Of a stretch of 64,000 nucleotides of DNA, positions 53,373-61,403 are shown piece by piece. The notes under the pieces were generated by a model. The model made no database searches, was not told the DNA's origin, and saw only the letters and a list, made by a program, of their open reading frames with translations. This DNA comes from Desulfobacterales bacterium (GTDB lineage Bacteria; Desulfobacterota; Desulfobacteria; Desulfobacterales; SG8-13): NCBI GenBank assembly GCA_049281435.1, contig JBAPSB010000016.1, forward strand, positions 10,262 to 74,261, given 5' to 3'. How positions within the stretch are numbered: position 1 is the first letter of the stretch; every line of letters starts with the position of its first letter. A program made the translations under genes and the position numbers.

Positions 53373-55625
53373 TTAAATCAAAGATTTGCAGTAAACCACC
53401 TTGCCGTCACCCGGCGCGTAAAAATCCGCCAGCACGCTCTCCAGGTGATAGCCGCCGCTTTCGTAAAACGCCCGCGTACTGGCGTATTGCACCCGCTGGG
53501 AGGTTTCGACGTAAATGCGCGTCCCGCCGCGCTGCCGTATCAGGCGCTCGGCCTCCTTTAAAATCCTGCGTCCCAAGCCTTTGCCCTGATAATCCGGATG
53601 GACCGCTATCCAGTAAATATCGTAGCTCGACACCGTACAGGCGATCGGCCCATAACAGGCGTAGCCGGCCAGGCGCCCGTAGTGTTCGGCCATGACATAG
53701 TGGTATCCGCTGGCCTCCCCCTTGGCCAGGCGTTCGTTGACAAGCTCGACCGCCACCTGCACTTCGTCGGCGGTGAAAAAACCGGTGATGTCCGTTAATC
53801 GAGAGATCCTTTCGGGATCCTGCGGCTGCGGCTCATAGCGAAAGACGATGCCGTGCAGCCGGACCTTGGGCTCCGGGCGCCGGCCGACCGCTTGCATGTG
53901 CGCCTCCGCCAGGCCCTTGAAGAAACTGCGGGCGTTCTGGCCGAGGGTCCGGGTGCGGTAACCGCCTTCCTGAACGACCACTGTCGGCACGGCCATCGCG
54001 CCGATCAGGCGCCCGTTTTCCTCGAAATCTTTGGCCATCAACGCCCAGGAGCCGGTCGGATCGCCCTTGGCGGTGTCCAGGCCCAGGGCCACCACCAGAA
54101 ATTGCGGGCCGTATTCTTCTATTCTCTGAAGGGCCTTGACCAGCACCCGGCGGTATTTTTCACCGTCCAGATGCTCCTGCAGGGGAAAGTTCAGGTTGAA
54201 TCCCTCGCCTTCACCGTCGCCGCGTTCGTCCTCGAAGCCGGAGAAATAGGGGTAGGCGAACCGGGGGCTGCCGTGGATCGAAACGGTCAGCACATCGGAC
54301 CGGCGGTAGAAAATATCCTGTTGGCCGTTGCCGTGGTGATAGTCGATGTCGAGGATGGCGACCTTTCCGTAGGCGCAAAGGTACTGGGCCGCGATGGCGT
54401 TGTTGTTGAAATAGCAGAAGCCGCCGAAGGCCCGGCGTTCGGCGTGATGGCCCGGCGGACGCACCAGGGCGTAAGCCATGCGCCGACCGTCCAGGATTTC
54501 ACGGGCGGCGGTCAGCGCGCAGTCCACCCCGCGCCGCGCCGCCGGATACGCGTTGCGGTTGATGGGGGTGAAGGTGTCGATGCAGTAGTAGCCTGACAGG
54601 ACCGACGGCTCTTTCGGGGGGCGGGTCTTGTTGCGAACCGGAAACACGTATGGATAGAGGGATTTGCCCTCGGGCACATCCGCGGAGGCGTGGTGCAGAT
54701 AGCCGACGAAATCGGCATCGTGAACGGCGTGGATGGTCTTGTCCGGAAACGCCCGTGGTTTGAGCCGGGCAAACAGGCCGCTCTTGTCGAGTTCCGCCAG
54801 GATGCTGCGCACTCTGACGGGCGACTCCACGTATCCGCGCTCGTGCACGTGATGGATGTGGTGGCGGTCATTGACGATCAGGGCGATCTGCTCGATGGAG
54901 CGGTCATCGACCGTCGTCTTCACGGCCTGTGGTTTGACATACCGAAACTCGCGCAGCGCCACCGGATCTTCCTGAATAGAGGCCACCACCTTCTCGACGT
55001 ATTCGGCCGGGCAATACCCGCTGTACTTTCTTTCCAGGATGGCCCGCACCACTTTGCGCACAAAAGCGCGGCGCAATGGTTTGACGGCATCCAGGGCATC
55101 GTAGACCAGATGGGGCATGCAGCTGTCCCCCGGATTGACGGGCAGCTCGTAGCCGGTGTGAACAATCGGCCGGGCGCCGTAGCGCTCGTAAAATCGCAGG
55201 CGCGCCCGGTTTTCCTTCAGCAGGGTTTCGTCGGGGCAGTTTTCGGCATCGTCCGGCAGGCACTCGAAAAAAAGCCCGCCGGCGCCCAGGGCGACCGATT
55301 CCCTGCGCACCCGGTCATACAGGGCACCGCCCAATCCGCCGCCGGTTTTGCCGCTGGCCGTGGCAATCCAGTCCAGATAGCAGAAGCCGATTTCGGGCTC
55401 GTGCAGCAGCATGGCAAAGCCCTTGACGCGGCTGCGCAGGGTCTTGGCCACAAAGAGGATGGGGCGGAACCGCTGCTTGAAAGGGTTGCGCAGCTTGGCG
55501 CCGATTTGCTCGATTTCTTCTTCGGGGACTTGGCTGAAGCGGTCGCGCAGGATGGCCTTTACCTGTTCCAGGGTCTCCTTGTTGACCGGCAGGACGTCAT
55601 CGAAAATGCGGCGAATACGCAGCAT
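53373..55625 (-). CDS. three-domain fusion: GNAT-like / HDAC-family (acetylpolyamine amidohydrolase-like) deacetylase / GNAT
   Basis: Central RPPGHHA, DIDYHHGNG and EGGY. C-terminal GNAT YQGKGLGRRILKEAE. The N-terminal ~200 aa are GNAT-like. ATG 55625 lies 5 nt after the upstream stop. Confidence 0.75.
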   Translation of the reverse strand: MLRIRRIFDDVLPVNKETLEQVKAILRDRFSQVPEEEIEQIGAKLRNPFKQRFRPILFVAKTLRSRVKGFAMLLHEPEIGFCYLDWIATASGKTGGGLGGALYDRVRRESVALGAGGLFFECLPDDAENCPDETLLKENRARLRFYERYGARPIVHTGYELPVNPGDSCMPHLVYDALDAVKPLRRAFVRKVVRAILERKYSGYCPAEYVEKVVASIQEDPVALREFRYVKPQAVKTTVDDRSIEQIALIVNDRHHIHHVHERGYVESPVRVRSILAELDKSGLFARLKPRAFPDKTIHAVHDADFVGYLHHASADVPEGKSLYPYVFPVRNKTRPPKEPSVLSGYYCIDTFTPINRNAYPAARRGVDCALTAAREILDGRRMAYALVRPPGHHAERRAFGGFCYFNNNAIAAQYLCAYGKVAILDIDYHHGNGQQDIFYRRSDVLTVSIHGSPRFAYPYFSGFEDERGDGEGEGFNLNFPLQEHLDGEKYRRVLVKALQRIEEYGPQFLVVALGLDTAKGDPTGSWALMAKDFEENGRLIGAMAVPTVVVQEGGYRTRTLGQNARSFFKGLAEAHMQAVGRRPEPKVRLHGIVFRYEPQPQDPERISRLTDITGFFTADEVQVAVELVNERLAKGEASGYHYVMAEHYGRLAGYACYGPIACTVSSYDIYWIAVHPDYQGKGLGRRILKEAERLIRQRGGTRIYVETSQRVQYASTRAFYESGGYHLESVLADFYAPGDGKVVYCKSLI

Positions 55626-55630
55626 CGTGG

Positions 55631-56698
55631 TCAAGCTCCTCTGGGGCGGGTGCCCGGTGTGCCGCACCGTCGGCCGCACCTCAGCGCATCTTCCAGGATT
55701 TTTTGAACGGCCTCCGGAAAGGACACCCCGGCTTCGGTGAGAGCGGCGGCGAAACCGGCATCGGGCGACAGACACGGGTTGGTATTGACCTCCAGGATCC
55801 AGGGGGTGCCGTGCGGATCTACTCGAAAATCGACACGCGCGTAGCCGCCGAGACCGAAGATGCGCCAGCAGTCGAGGGCCTCGGCCTTCAGGCGGCCCAG
55901 CAGCCCGTCATCGGCGGACGGAAAATCAAATCGTCGCGGGGTGTGGTGGTACTCGTAGGAATCCGGCGCCCATTTGGCTCGGTACCCGACAATCCGCGGT
56001 TTGTGGTCGTCATAGCCCTCGAAGACAATCTCGGCCGGCGGCAGGACAAGGGGCCCGGTCGCATCGGCCAGCATGGCCAGGTTGAACTCGCGGCCGTCCA
56101 CATAGCCTTCCGCGAAACAGGATCCGCCGAGGCGCGGGGCGCGGTCGCGCAAGACCGTCTCGATCTCCTCTTGGCTGAGATCGGCGACCAGCGCATCTTC
56201 TTCCATACCGAACGAGGCATGCTCCCAGACGGATTTGACGATCCAGCGATCGCCGTGCGTGTTGGCGGGGCGCGCCGCCGCGGCGGGTAGCAGTGACAGC
56301 GGCTCGGCCGGATACGGTCCCCGCCAGGCCGGCGTGCGCAGACCGGCGGCCATCAAAAGTTCCTTGGCCATGATCTTGTGGGTGGTCAGCTGCAGCGTCA
56401 CCGCCGGTGAACCGGTGTAGGGCAGCACCATCGCATCCAGCAGCGCGGGAAACAGGTGGGCCAGGCACCCGTGGTCATCGAGCGACTCCACCAGGTTGAA
56501 GACGAGATCCGGCCGGGCCTGCTCCAACCGATCCCGGGCGCCCGCCAGGTCAAGGGAGCAGGGGAAGGTGTGCGCCGCGTGCCCGAGCACGGCCAGCGCT
56601 TTTTCGACGGCTGCCGCCTGGGCCAGCACGTCTATCGCATCGGGGGCGCTGTCCCGGGTCACGGCGTTGTGCACGACGGCCACACGCATATCAGTCAA
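55631..56698 (-). CDS. D-alanine--D-alanine ligase-like ATP-grasp protein (paralogue 1)
   Basis: ATP-grasp C-terminal pattern ARVDFRVDPHGTPWILEVNTNP. Overlaps the upstream gene by 8 nt. Confidence 0.7.
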   Translation of the reverse strand: MTDMRVAVVHNAVTRDSAPDAIDVLAQAAAVEKALAVLGHAAHTFPCSLDLAGARDRLEQARPDLVFNLVESLDDHGCLAHLFPALLDAMVLPYTGSPAVTLQLTTHKIMAKELLMAAGLRTPAWRGPYPAEPLSLLPAAAARPANTHGDRWIVKSVWEHASFGMEEDALVADLSQEEIETVLRDRAPRLGGSCFAEGYVDGREFNLAMLADATGPLVLPPAEIVFEGYDDHKPRIVGYRAKWAPDSYEYHHTPRRFDFPSADDGLLGRLKAEALDCWRIFGLGGYARVDFRVDPHGTPWILEVNTNPCLSPDAGFAAALTEAGVSFPEAVQKILEDALRCGRRCGTPGTRPRGA

Positions 56699-57704
56699 CG
56701 GCTCCTTTTCGGTTGGCCGCCGAGTCGATCCGCCGGGCCGCAGAAGCCACGATGTCCCGGATCAGCTCCTCATAGGGCATCCCGATGTGGCTGCAGATGA
56801 TCGGCAGGTCCGAATGGAAGGGGTGCAAGCCGGCCAGGGGGTTGACCTCCATGAAATTCGGCCGGCCGTTTTCATCGCAGCGCAAATCGATCCGGCCGGC
56901 ATCCCGGCACTCGAGCACCCGCCAGGCCCGCAGGGCAACGTCTTCGGCCTGCTTCACCGGCAAATCGTCATCCGGGCGGCCGAGCCGGTATTCGACCAGC
57001 TCCTCGCAGCGTTCCTTGTTGACATAGGAATAGACCTCGGGTTCGGCGGCCGCCAGCAGGTGCACTTCGATAGTGCCGAGAACCCTGGCCTGCGCGCCGG
57101 TTCCCACGATGCCGACCGTAAACTCCCGGCCCGGCAGATAGCGCTCGACCAGAACGGGCTGGTGGAAGGCGGCGATCAGAGATTCGCAGGCGGCGGATAG
57201 ATCTTCCGACCGCCGCACGATCGATTGGGGCGTAATCCCCTTGCCGGTACCCTCCGCCACCGGCTTGACGAAGTACGGCGGGGGAAAGGGCAGCGGCCCG
57301 GCGGCCTCGCCCGGTCGGACCACGGCAAAATCCGGTGTGGGGATGCCGGCATCGCGCACCACGCGCTTGGTCACCGCCTTGTGCAGGGTCAGGGCCATGA
57401 CCAGGGGATCCGAAAAGGTGTAGGCAATGCCGTAGACATCCAGCGCCGAGGGGACCTGGGCCTCGCGGCCGATGCCCTTGAGTCCCTCGGCGATATTGAA
57501 AACAAGGTCCCAGCGGTCGCCGGTGGTCAGACGCCCGAACAGGCTGCGGACACTGCCGATGCGATCGGTGGCATGCCCCAGGCCGCGGAGGGCTTTTTCG
57601 ATGGCCACCACGGTATCGTCACGGTCGAACTCGGCGGTTTCCTCTTCACCGAATCCGGCCGCCAGGTATTCCGAACGCAGGTCGTAGGTCAGACCGATTT
57701 TCAT
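56691..57704 (-). CDS. D-alanine--D-alanine ligase-like ATP-grasp protein (paralogue 2)
   Basis: YFVKPVAEGTGKGI and GRIDLRCDENGRPNFMEVNPLAG. Start chosen at MKIGLTYDL. Confidence 0.7.
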   Translation of the reverse strand: MKIGLTYDLRSEYLAAGFGEEETAEFDRDDTVVAIEKALRGLGHATDRIGSVRSLFGRLTTGDRWDLVFNIAEGLKGIGREAQVPSALDVYGIAYTFSDPLVMALTLHKAVTKRVVRDAGIPTPDFAVVRPGEAAGPLPFPPPYFVKPVAEGTGKGITPQSIVRRSEDLSAACESLIAAFHQPVLVERYLPGREFTVGIVGTGAQARVLGTIEVHLLAAAEPEVYSYVNKERCEELVEYRLGRPDDDLPVKQAEDVALRAWRVLECRDAGRIDLRCDENGRPNFMEVNPLAGLHPFHSDLPIICSHIGMPYEELIRDIVASAARRIDSAANRKGAVD

Positions 57705-57790
57705 TGCTTGAATCCTTTGGTAGGTTCTCCTGCGGATGCCCACCTCTACATCACCGGCGAAAACCGGGCAAGTTAAAACCCCGGCCGGGT

Positions 57791-57833
57791 TTCGAAAACC
57801 GTTTCCGGTTCCGAAACCCGGCCGATTCAGCGG
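57791..57833 (-). terminator. long intercistronic hairpin (13-bp stem CGGCCGGGTTTCG / CGAAACCCGGCCG) followed by GGGTTTT
   Basis: Read directly. Lies between the kamA stop (57870) and the first ATP-grasp start (57704). Short U-tract. Confidence 0.4.
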
Positions 57834-57869
57834 GCGGAGAAATATGATCTATGGAGGGGATTCCGGCCG

Positions 57870-59219
57870 TCAGACCGAAGCGCCGGGGTCGATATCCGCG
57901 GCCCGGCAATCGGGATAGCGATACAGCCGATTTTCGTAGTTGCGAAGCAGCAGATCGGATCCCTCCCGGCCGGCCGTGTAATCGGGCATCAGCGGGACCT
58001 TGCCGCCGCCGCCGGGCGCATCCACGACATAGGTCGGCACGGCGTATCCGCTGGTAAACCCCCTCATCCCCCGGATGATCTCCAGGCCCTGGGCGATCGA
58101 GGTCCGGAAATGGCCCGAACCGGTTATCGGGTCGCACTGGTAGAGGTAGTAGGGCCGCACCCGCATCCGCAGCAGACCGTGACACAGCGCGGTCATCGTC
58201 GCCACCGAATCGTTTACGCCTTTGAGCAGGACCGTCTGCGAGCCTAACGGTATGCCGGCATCGGCCAGCATTCCACAGGCGCGGGTGGTCTCCGGCGTGC
58301 ACTCGTCCGGGTGGGTGAAATGCAGGCTCATCCAGAGCGGGTGGTACTTGCGCAGCATCCGTACCAATCGCCCGGTGACCCGCTGCGGCAGAACGGCCGG
58401 GATCTTGGTCCCGATCCGCACGACCTCCACGTGGGGTATCCGCCGCAGACGCGCCAGAATCCACTCCAACCGGTCGTCGTTGAGGGTCAACGGGTCGCCG
58501 CCGGACAACAGCACGTCGCGCACGGACGGCGTCGCACGGATATAGTCGATCGCCTGCTCGAGACGCGACCGGCTCGGCAAAATGGCGCCGTGCCCCACCA
58601 CCCGGGACCGCGTGCAGTAGCGGCAATACGTGGAACAGAAATCGTGCACCAGCAGAAGGACCCGGTCGGGGTAGCGGTGGACGAGGCCTGGTACCGGGCT
58701 CTGGTTCTCCTCTCCGAGCGGATCGTTTGCCTCTCCCGCCGAGCTGACAAACTCGCTCATCGTCGGCACGACCGTGCGCCGCAAAGGCTGGTCGGCGTCA
58801 TCGGCGGACAGCAGGCTCATGTAATACGGTGTTATGCCCATTGGCAGCTTGGGACCGGTATGCTCGCCGACGGCTTTTTCCAAAGCGGAGAGATTCAGCA
58901 TCGACTGAAGCTGCCGGTAGTGCCGGATCCGGTTTCGGATCTGCCATTGCCAATCATTCCAGGATTTGTCGGGCACGCCGGGGAAAAACTTGCGCCGGAA
59001 GGCGCGCGTGGTTACGGAGGTGCGAGCGACACGCTCGGGGGGGAATCTGAGGACGACGGCCGCGTCATTGCAGCGCGGGGCTCGCCGAAGTACGCAGCTG
59101 GCAGTCGGCTCGGAAGCCGCTGCCTGTCTACCCGGAGGCTCTTCGTCTTCCCTTCCCTGCAAGGCGTCCTGGGGGCCGTTTGCAACGGTCGGTTGAAAAA
59201 TGGACGGGTTAGGATGCAT
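57870..59219 (-). CDS. kamA: KamA-family radical SAM lysine 2,3-aminomutase
   Basis: WNDWQWQIRNRI, radical SAM CSTYCRYCTRS, GGDPL, and a PLP-region pattern. AAGGAG RBS. Confidence 0.85.
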   Translation of the reverse strand: MHPNPSIFQPTVANGPQDALQGREDEEPPGRQAAASEPTASCVLRRAPRCNDAAVVLRFPPERVARTSVTTRAFRRKFFPGVPDKSWNDWQWQIRNRIRHYRQLQSMLNLSALEKAVGEHTGPKLPMGITPYYMSLLSADDADQPLRRTVVPTMSEFVSSAGEANDPLGEENQSPVPGLVHRYPDRVLLLVHDFCSTYCRYCTRSRVVGHGAILPSRSRLEQAIDYIRATPSVRDVLLSGGDPLTLNDDRLEWILARLRRIPHVEVVRIGTKIPAVLPQRVTGRLVRMLRKYHPLWMSLHFTHPDECTPETTRACGMLADAGIPLGSQTVLLKGVNDSVATMTALCHGLLRMRVRPYYLYQCDPITGSGHFRTSIAQGLEIIRGMRGFTSGYAVPTYVVDAPGGGGKVPLMPDYTAGREGSDLLLRNYENRLYRYPDCRAADIDPGASV

Positions 59220-59318
59220 TACCGGTTCTCCTTTTCTGTTGGGATCAAAGTCGACCCTGGGGGGTGTCGCCCTTAGTGCCGGACGCCCAGCGGTCAGTCC
59301 GGCTTTTGCCCTTCGCTT

Positions 59319-59334
59319 AGCAAAACAGGTGCCA
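59319..59334 (-). promoter_or_regulatory. sigma54 promoter TGGCAC-CTGTT-TTGCT upstream of kamA
   Basis: Perfect consensus about 100 nt upstream of ATG 59219. Confidence 0.7.
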
Positions 59335-59752
59335 AATAATCAAAACACCTGAAAAAAATCGCCGGCGCCGAATGCACGCCGCTGAAAGACGCCAGCCCTT
59401 TATTTTAGACGGTTCGGCCGCATCGTCAAACCGGATGCGGGTCGGCGTGCCCGTTGACGCACCGCCAGCGGGGTGACAGTGAAGAACTCACGGTTCCTTT
59501 TTTGGCCTCTAAGGGAATTATGTGTTCGCGTAGGGCGGTCGGGGGGCCCGGCACCTGATTTCAAAAATTCCACCACGGACAAACGGGTCCGCCGATTTCA
59601 TTTATATCTTTATCTTCAGTAGGTTGAATTTCCGGATTCTATTATCCGCAAATCGGCCCGTGGCCCGCGCGCCAGCCCGACCGGAACACTCAGTTCCACC
59701 CGTCTGCCGGCCGGCAAAGATTTAACCGGGATGATAACCAGGTGTTACGCGC

Positions 59753-59768
59753 CCGGCACGGGAATTGC
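59753..59768 (+). promoter_or_regulatory. sigma54-type promoter CGGCAC-GGGAA-TTGCT
   Basis: GG/GC at canonical spacing. 82 nt upstream of ATG 59850. Confidence 0.55.
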
Positions 59769-59849
59769 TCTTTGAAACCGGATTTCAGCGCTCACAGCGC
59801 CCGTCGATCGGCGCCATCGTCAACTTCACCAACAAGGAGAATACGTCAG

Positions 59850-60128
59850 ATGAAACGACATAAGGATGCCCGGCAGGAGGTCACACTCATCGGTTTCGTC
59901 GATCCGCTGGACGACGATGATGACAACACCGGCGTTAAGATCTCGACCGATGAGGACGAATATATCGTCGAGATGAACCGGACGGGAAAAAAGCTTTTAA
60001 ACATGATAGACGAAGAGATCGAGGCGACCGGAAGTGTGTCGCTCGATGCCAACGGAGCGAAAATATTCAGCGTGACCTCTTATGACTACGCTCCGTATGA
60101 CGAAAACGAAGAAGATGCCGCCCAATGA
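59850..60128 (+). CDS. small acidic protein, 92 aa
   Basis: AAGGAGA RBS. Asp/Glu-rich (DPLDDDDDNTG, YDENEEDAAQ). No family recognised. Confidence 0.55.
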   Translation: MKRHKDARQEVTLIGFVDPLDDDDDNTGVKISTDEDEYIVEMNRTGKKLLNMIDEEIEATGSVSLDANGAKIFSVTSYDYAPYDENEEDAAQ

Positions 60129-60289
60129 AAAAAACCGGCCGCTGCCCAATCGAAATCCGAACGCGGATGGCCGGATGGCCTCGCGCCGGAAGATCCCGCC
60201 CATCGCGGGCCATCGACGAGGCCGTTTAGTACAAAATAGAAGCCCTTTTGCCCGCGCCGCGTTCGCTCACACCATTTCCTTCGGCAGCG

Positions 60290-60958
60290 TCAGAGCAATG
60301 ATGGACGCCGCCGCTGGCGTTTGAGGCTGAATCCGACAATGAAGCCGAAAAGGAGAACCCCCGAACCGGCCAGAAACCATTTGATGGCATAACTGCGCTC
60401 GAGTTTCACCACTTGCTCTTCGAGCTGGCTGGCCTTGCGGGCCTCGGCATCGAGATGGGTCGCCGTTTTCTCGTATTTGGATTTCATTGCCAGGAACTCA
60501 CCCGATTCCGATTTGAGCGTTTCGTATTCGTTGCGGACCTGGTTCAGGCCTTTGTCCGTGGTTGAAAGCGCAGTGGACAGTTTCTTGTTTTCGGCCTTGA
60601 GTTGCTGGTTTTCCTGGAGCAGGGTGGCATTTTGCTCCATCACGCTTTTTTGCTTCTCCTCCAACATTTCCAGTTTGATTTTGCTGGTCGGCTCGGGCGT
60701 CAGGTAACGGGTCAAGACCCAGCCATCTTTTCCATTGGCCGTGCGCACGTGCGCCCATTGGTCATTCATCTGGAGAATCTCTAGCCGTTGACCGGACTGC
60801 AGGAAGCTCAATATCTTATGGTCGAGGCTCTGGCCGGTTCGCAGGGTTATTTCCACCACATCGTTCACGTACATCGTGGTCGCGTGAACCGGAACGGCGA
60901 ACAACACCAGGCAAATTCCACAAAAAACAAGGCGTTTCATCAGCATCATCATGATCAA
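60290..60958 (-). CDS. SH3b-domain / coiled-coil / C-terminal TM protein (YgiM/TIGR04211-like)
   Basis: Signal peptide, SH3-like WAHVRTANGKDGWV, a long coiled coil, and a C-terminal TM helix plus RRRP. Several in-frame Met codons make the start ambiguous (60958-60940). Confidence 0.65.
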   Translation of the reverse strand: MIMMMLMKRLVFCGICLVLFAVPVHATTMYVNDVVEITLRTGQSLDHKILSFLQSGQRLEILQMNDQWAHVRTANGKDGWVLTRYLTPEPTSKIKLEMLEEKQKSVMEQNATLLQENQQLKAENKKLSTALSTTDKGLNQVRNEYETLKSESGEFLAMKSKYEKTATHLDAEARKASQLEEQVVKLERSYAIKWFLAGSGVLLFGFIVGFSLKRQRRRPSLL

Positions 60959-61135
60959 TACTTTCCTCAGTTGGTTACTGTAGATCTGGTTTTTGGAATC
61001 AAGCAGAGGGAGCCGTCCATTAATTCCCTTTTATATCGACTTTTGAACACTTTAGCAATACCTGCGAGGGGCCCCCTGCGTGAAAACAATGCGTCGGCAC
61101 CCGGATGATCGGCGGCGCACGGCGGCGGTTCGGCA

Positions 61136-61165
61136 TTGAATGTTGACGGGATTTTTGCCTATAGT
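61136..61165 (+). promoter_or_regulatory. candidate sigma70 promoter TTGAAT-N18-TATAGT
   Basis: Its -10 context is shared with 52398-52410. It would start transcription a few nt before repeat copy B. Confidence 0.45.
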
Positions 61166-61178
61166 GGCCCGGCACGAG

Positions 61179-61363
61179 TCAGTGTCCATCCATAAATGGT
61201 CTTTTTTCCGCTGGGCGGCCGGTTGCAGCGGGTTTCAGGCTGCGGCGTATATAAAGTACGCCTCGCCGTCCCGCCCAGGCGGGATGCGGCTTTGTCCAGC
61301 GAACAACTCCGCATTTATGAATTGGGCACTGAGAAGTGCCTAAAAAAGATCGCGGATGGGCAC
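61179..61363 (+). repeat. intergenic palindromic repeat element, copy B (185 bp)
   Basis: Arms TCAGTGTCCATCCATAAAT (61179-61197) and ATTTATGAATTGGGCACTGAG (61313-61333) are inverted. Internal hairpin TCCCGCC/GGCGGGA. Tail GATCGCGGATGGGCAC. Confidence 0.8.
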
Positions 61364-61403
61364 GAGTTAGCTGCCCTGCCCCCCATTGCCGAGGAGGTTC
61401 TCG

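Noticed and set aside
61355-61372. sigma54-like TGGGCACGAGTTAGCTG at the tail of repeat copy B, and the GGCACTGAGAAGTGCC palindrome at 61325-61340.
   Set aside because: The GG-to-GC spacing is off by one from the strict TGGCAC-N5-TTGC geometry. The equivalent position in copy A has no GC element.
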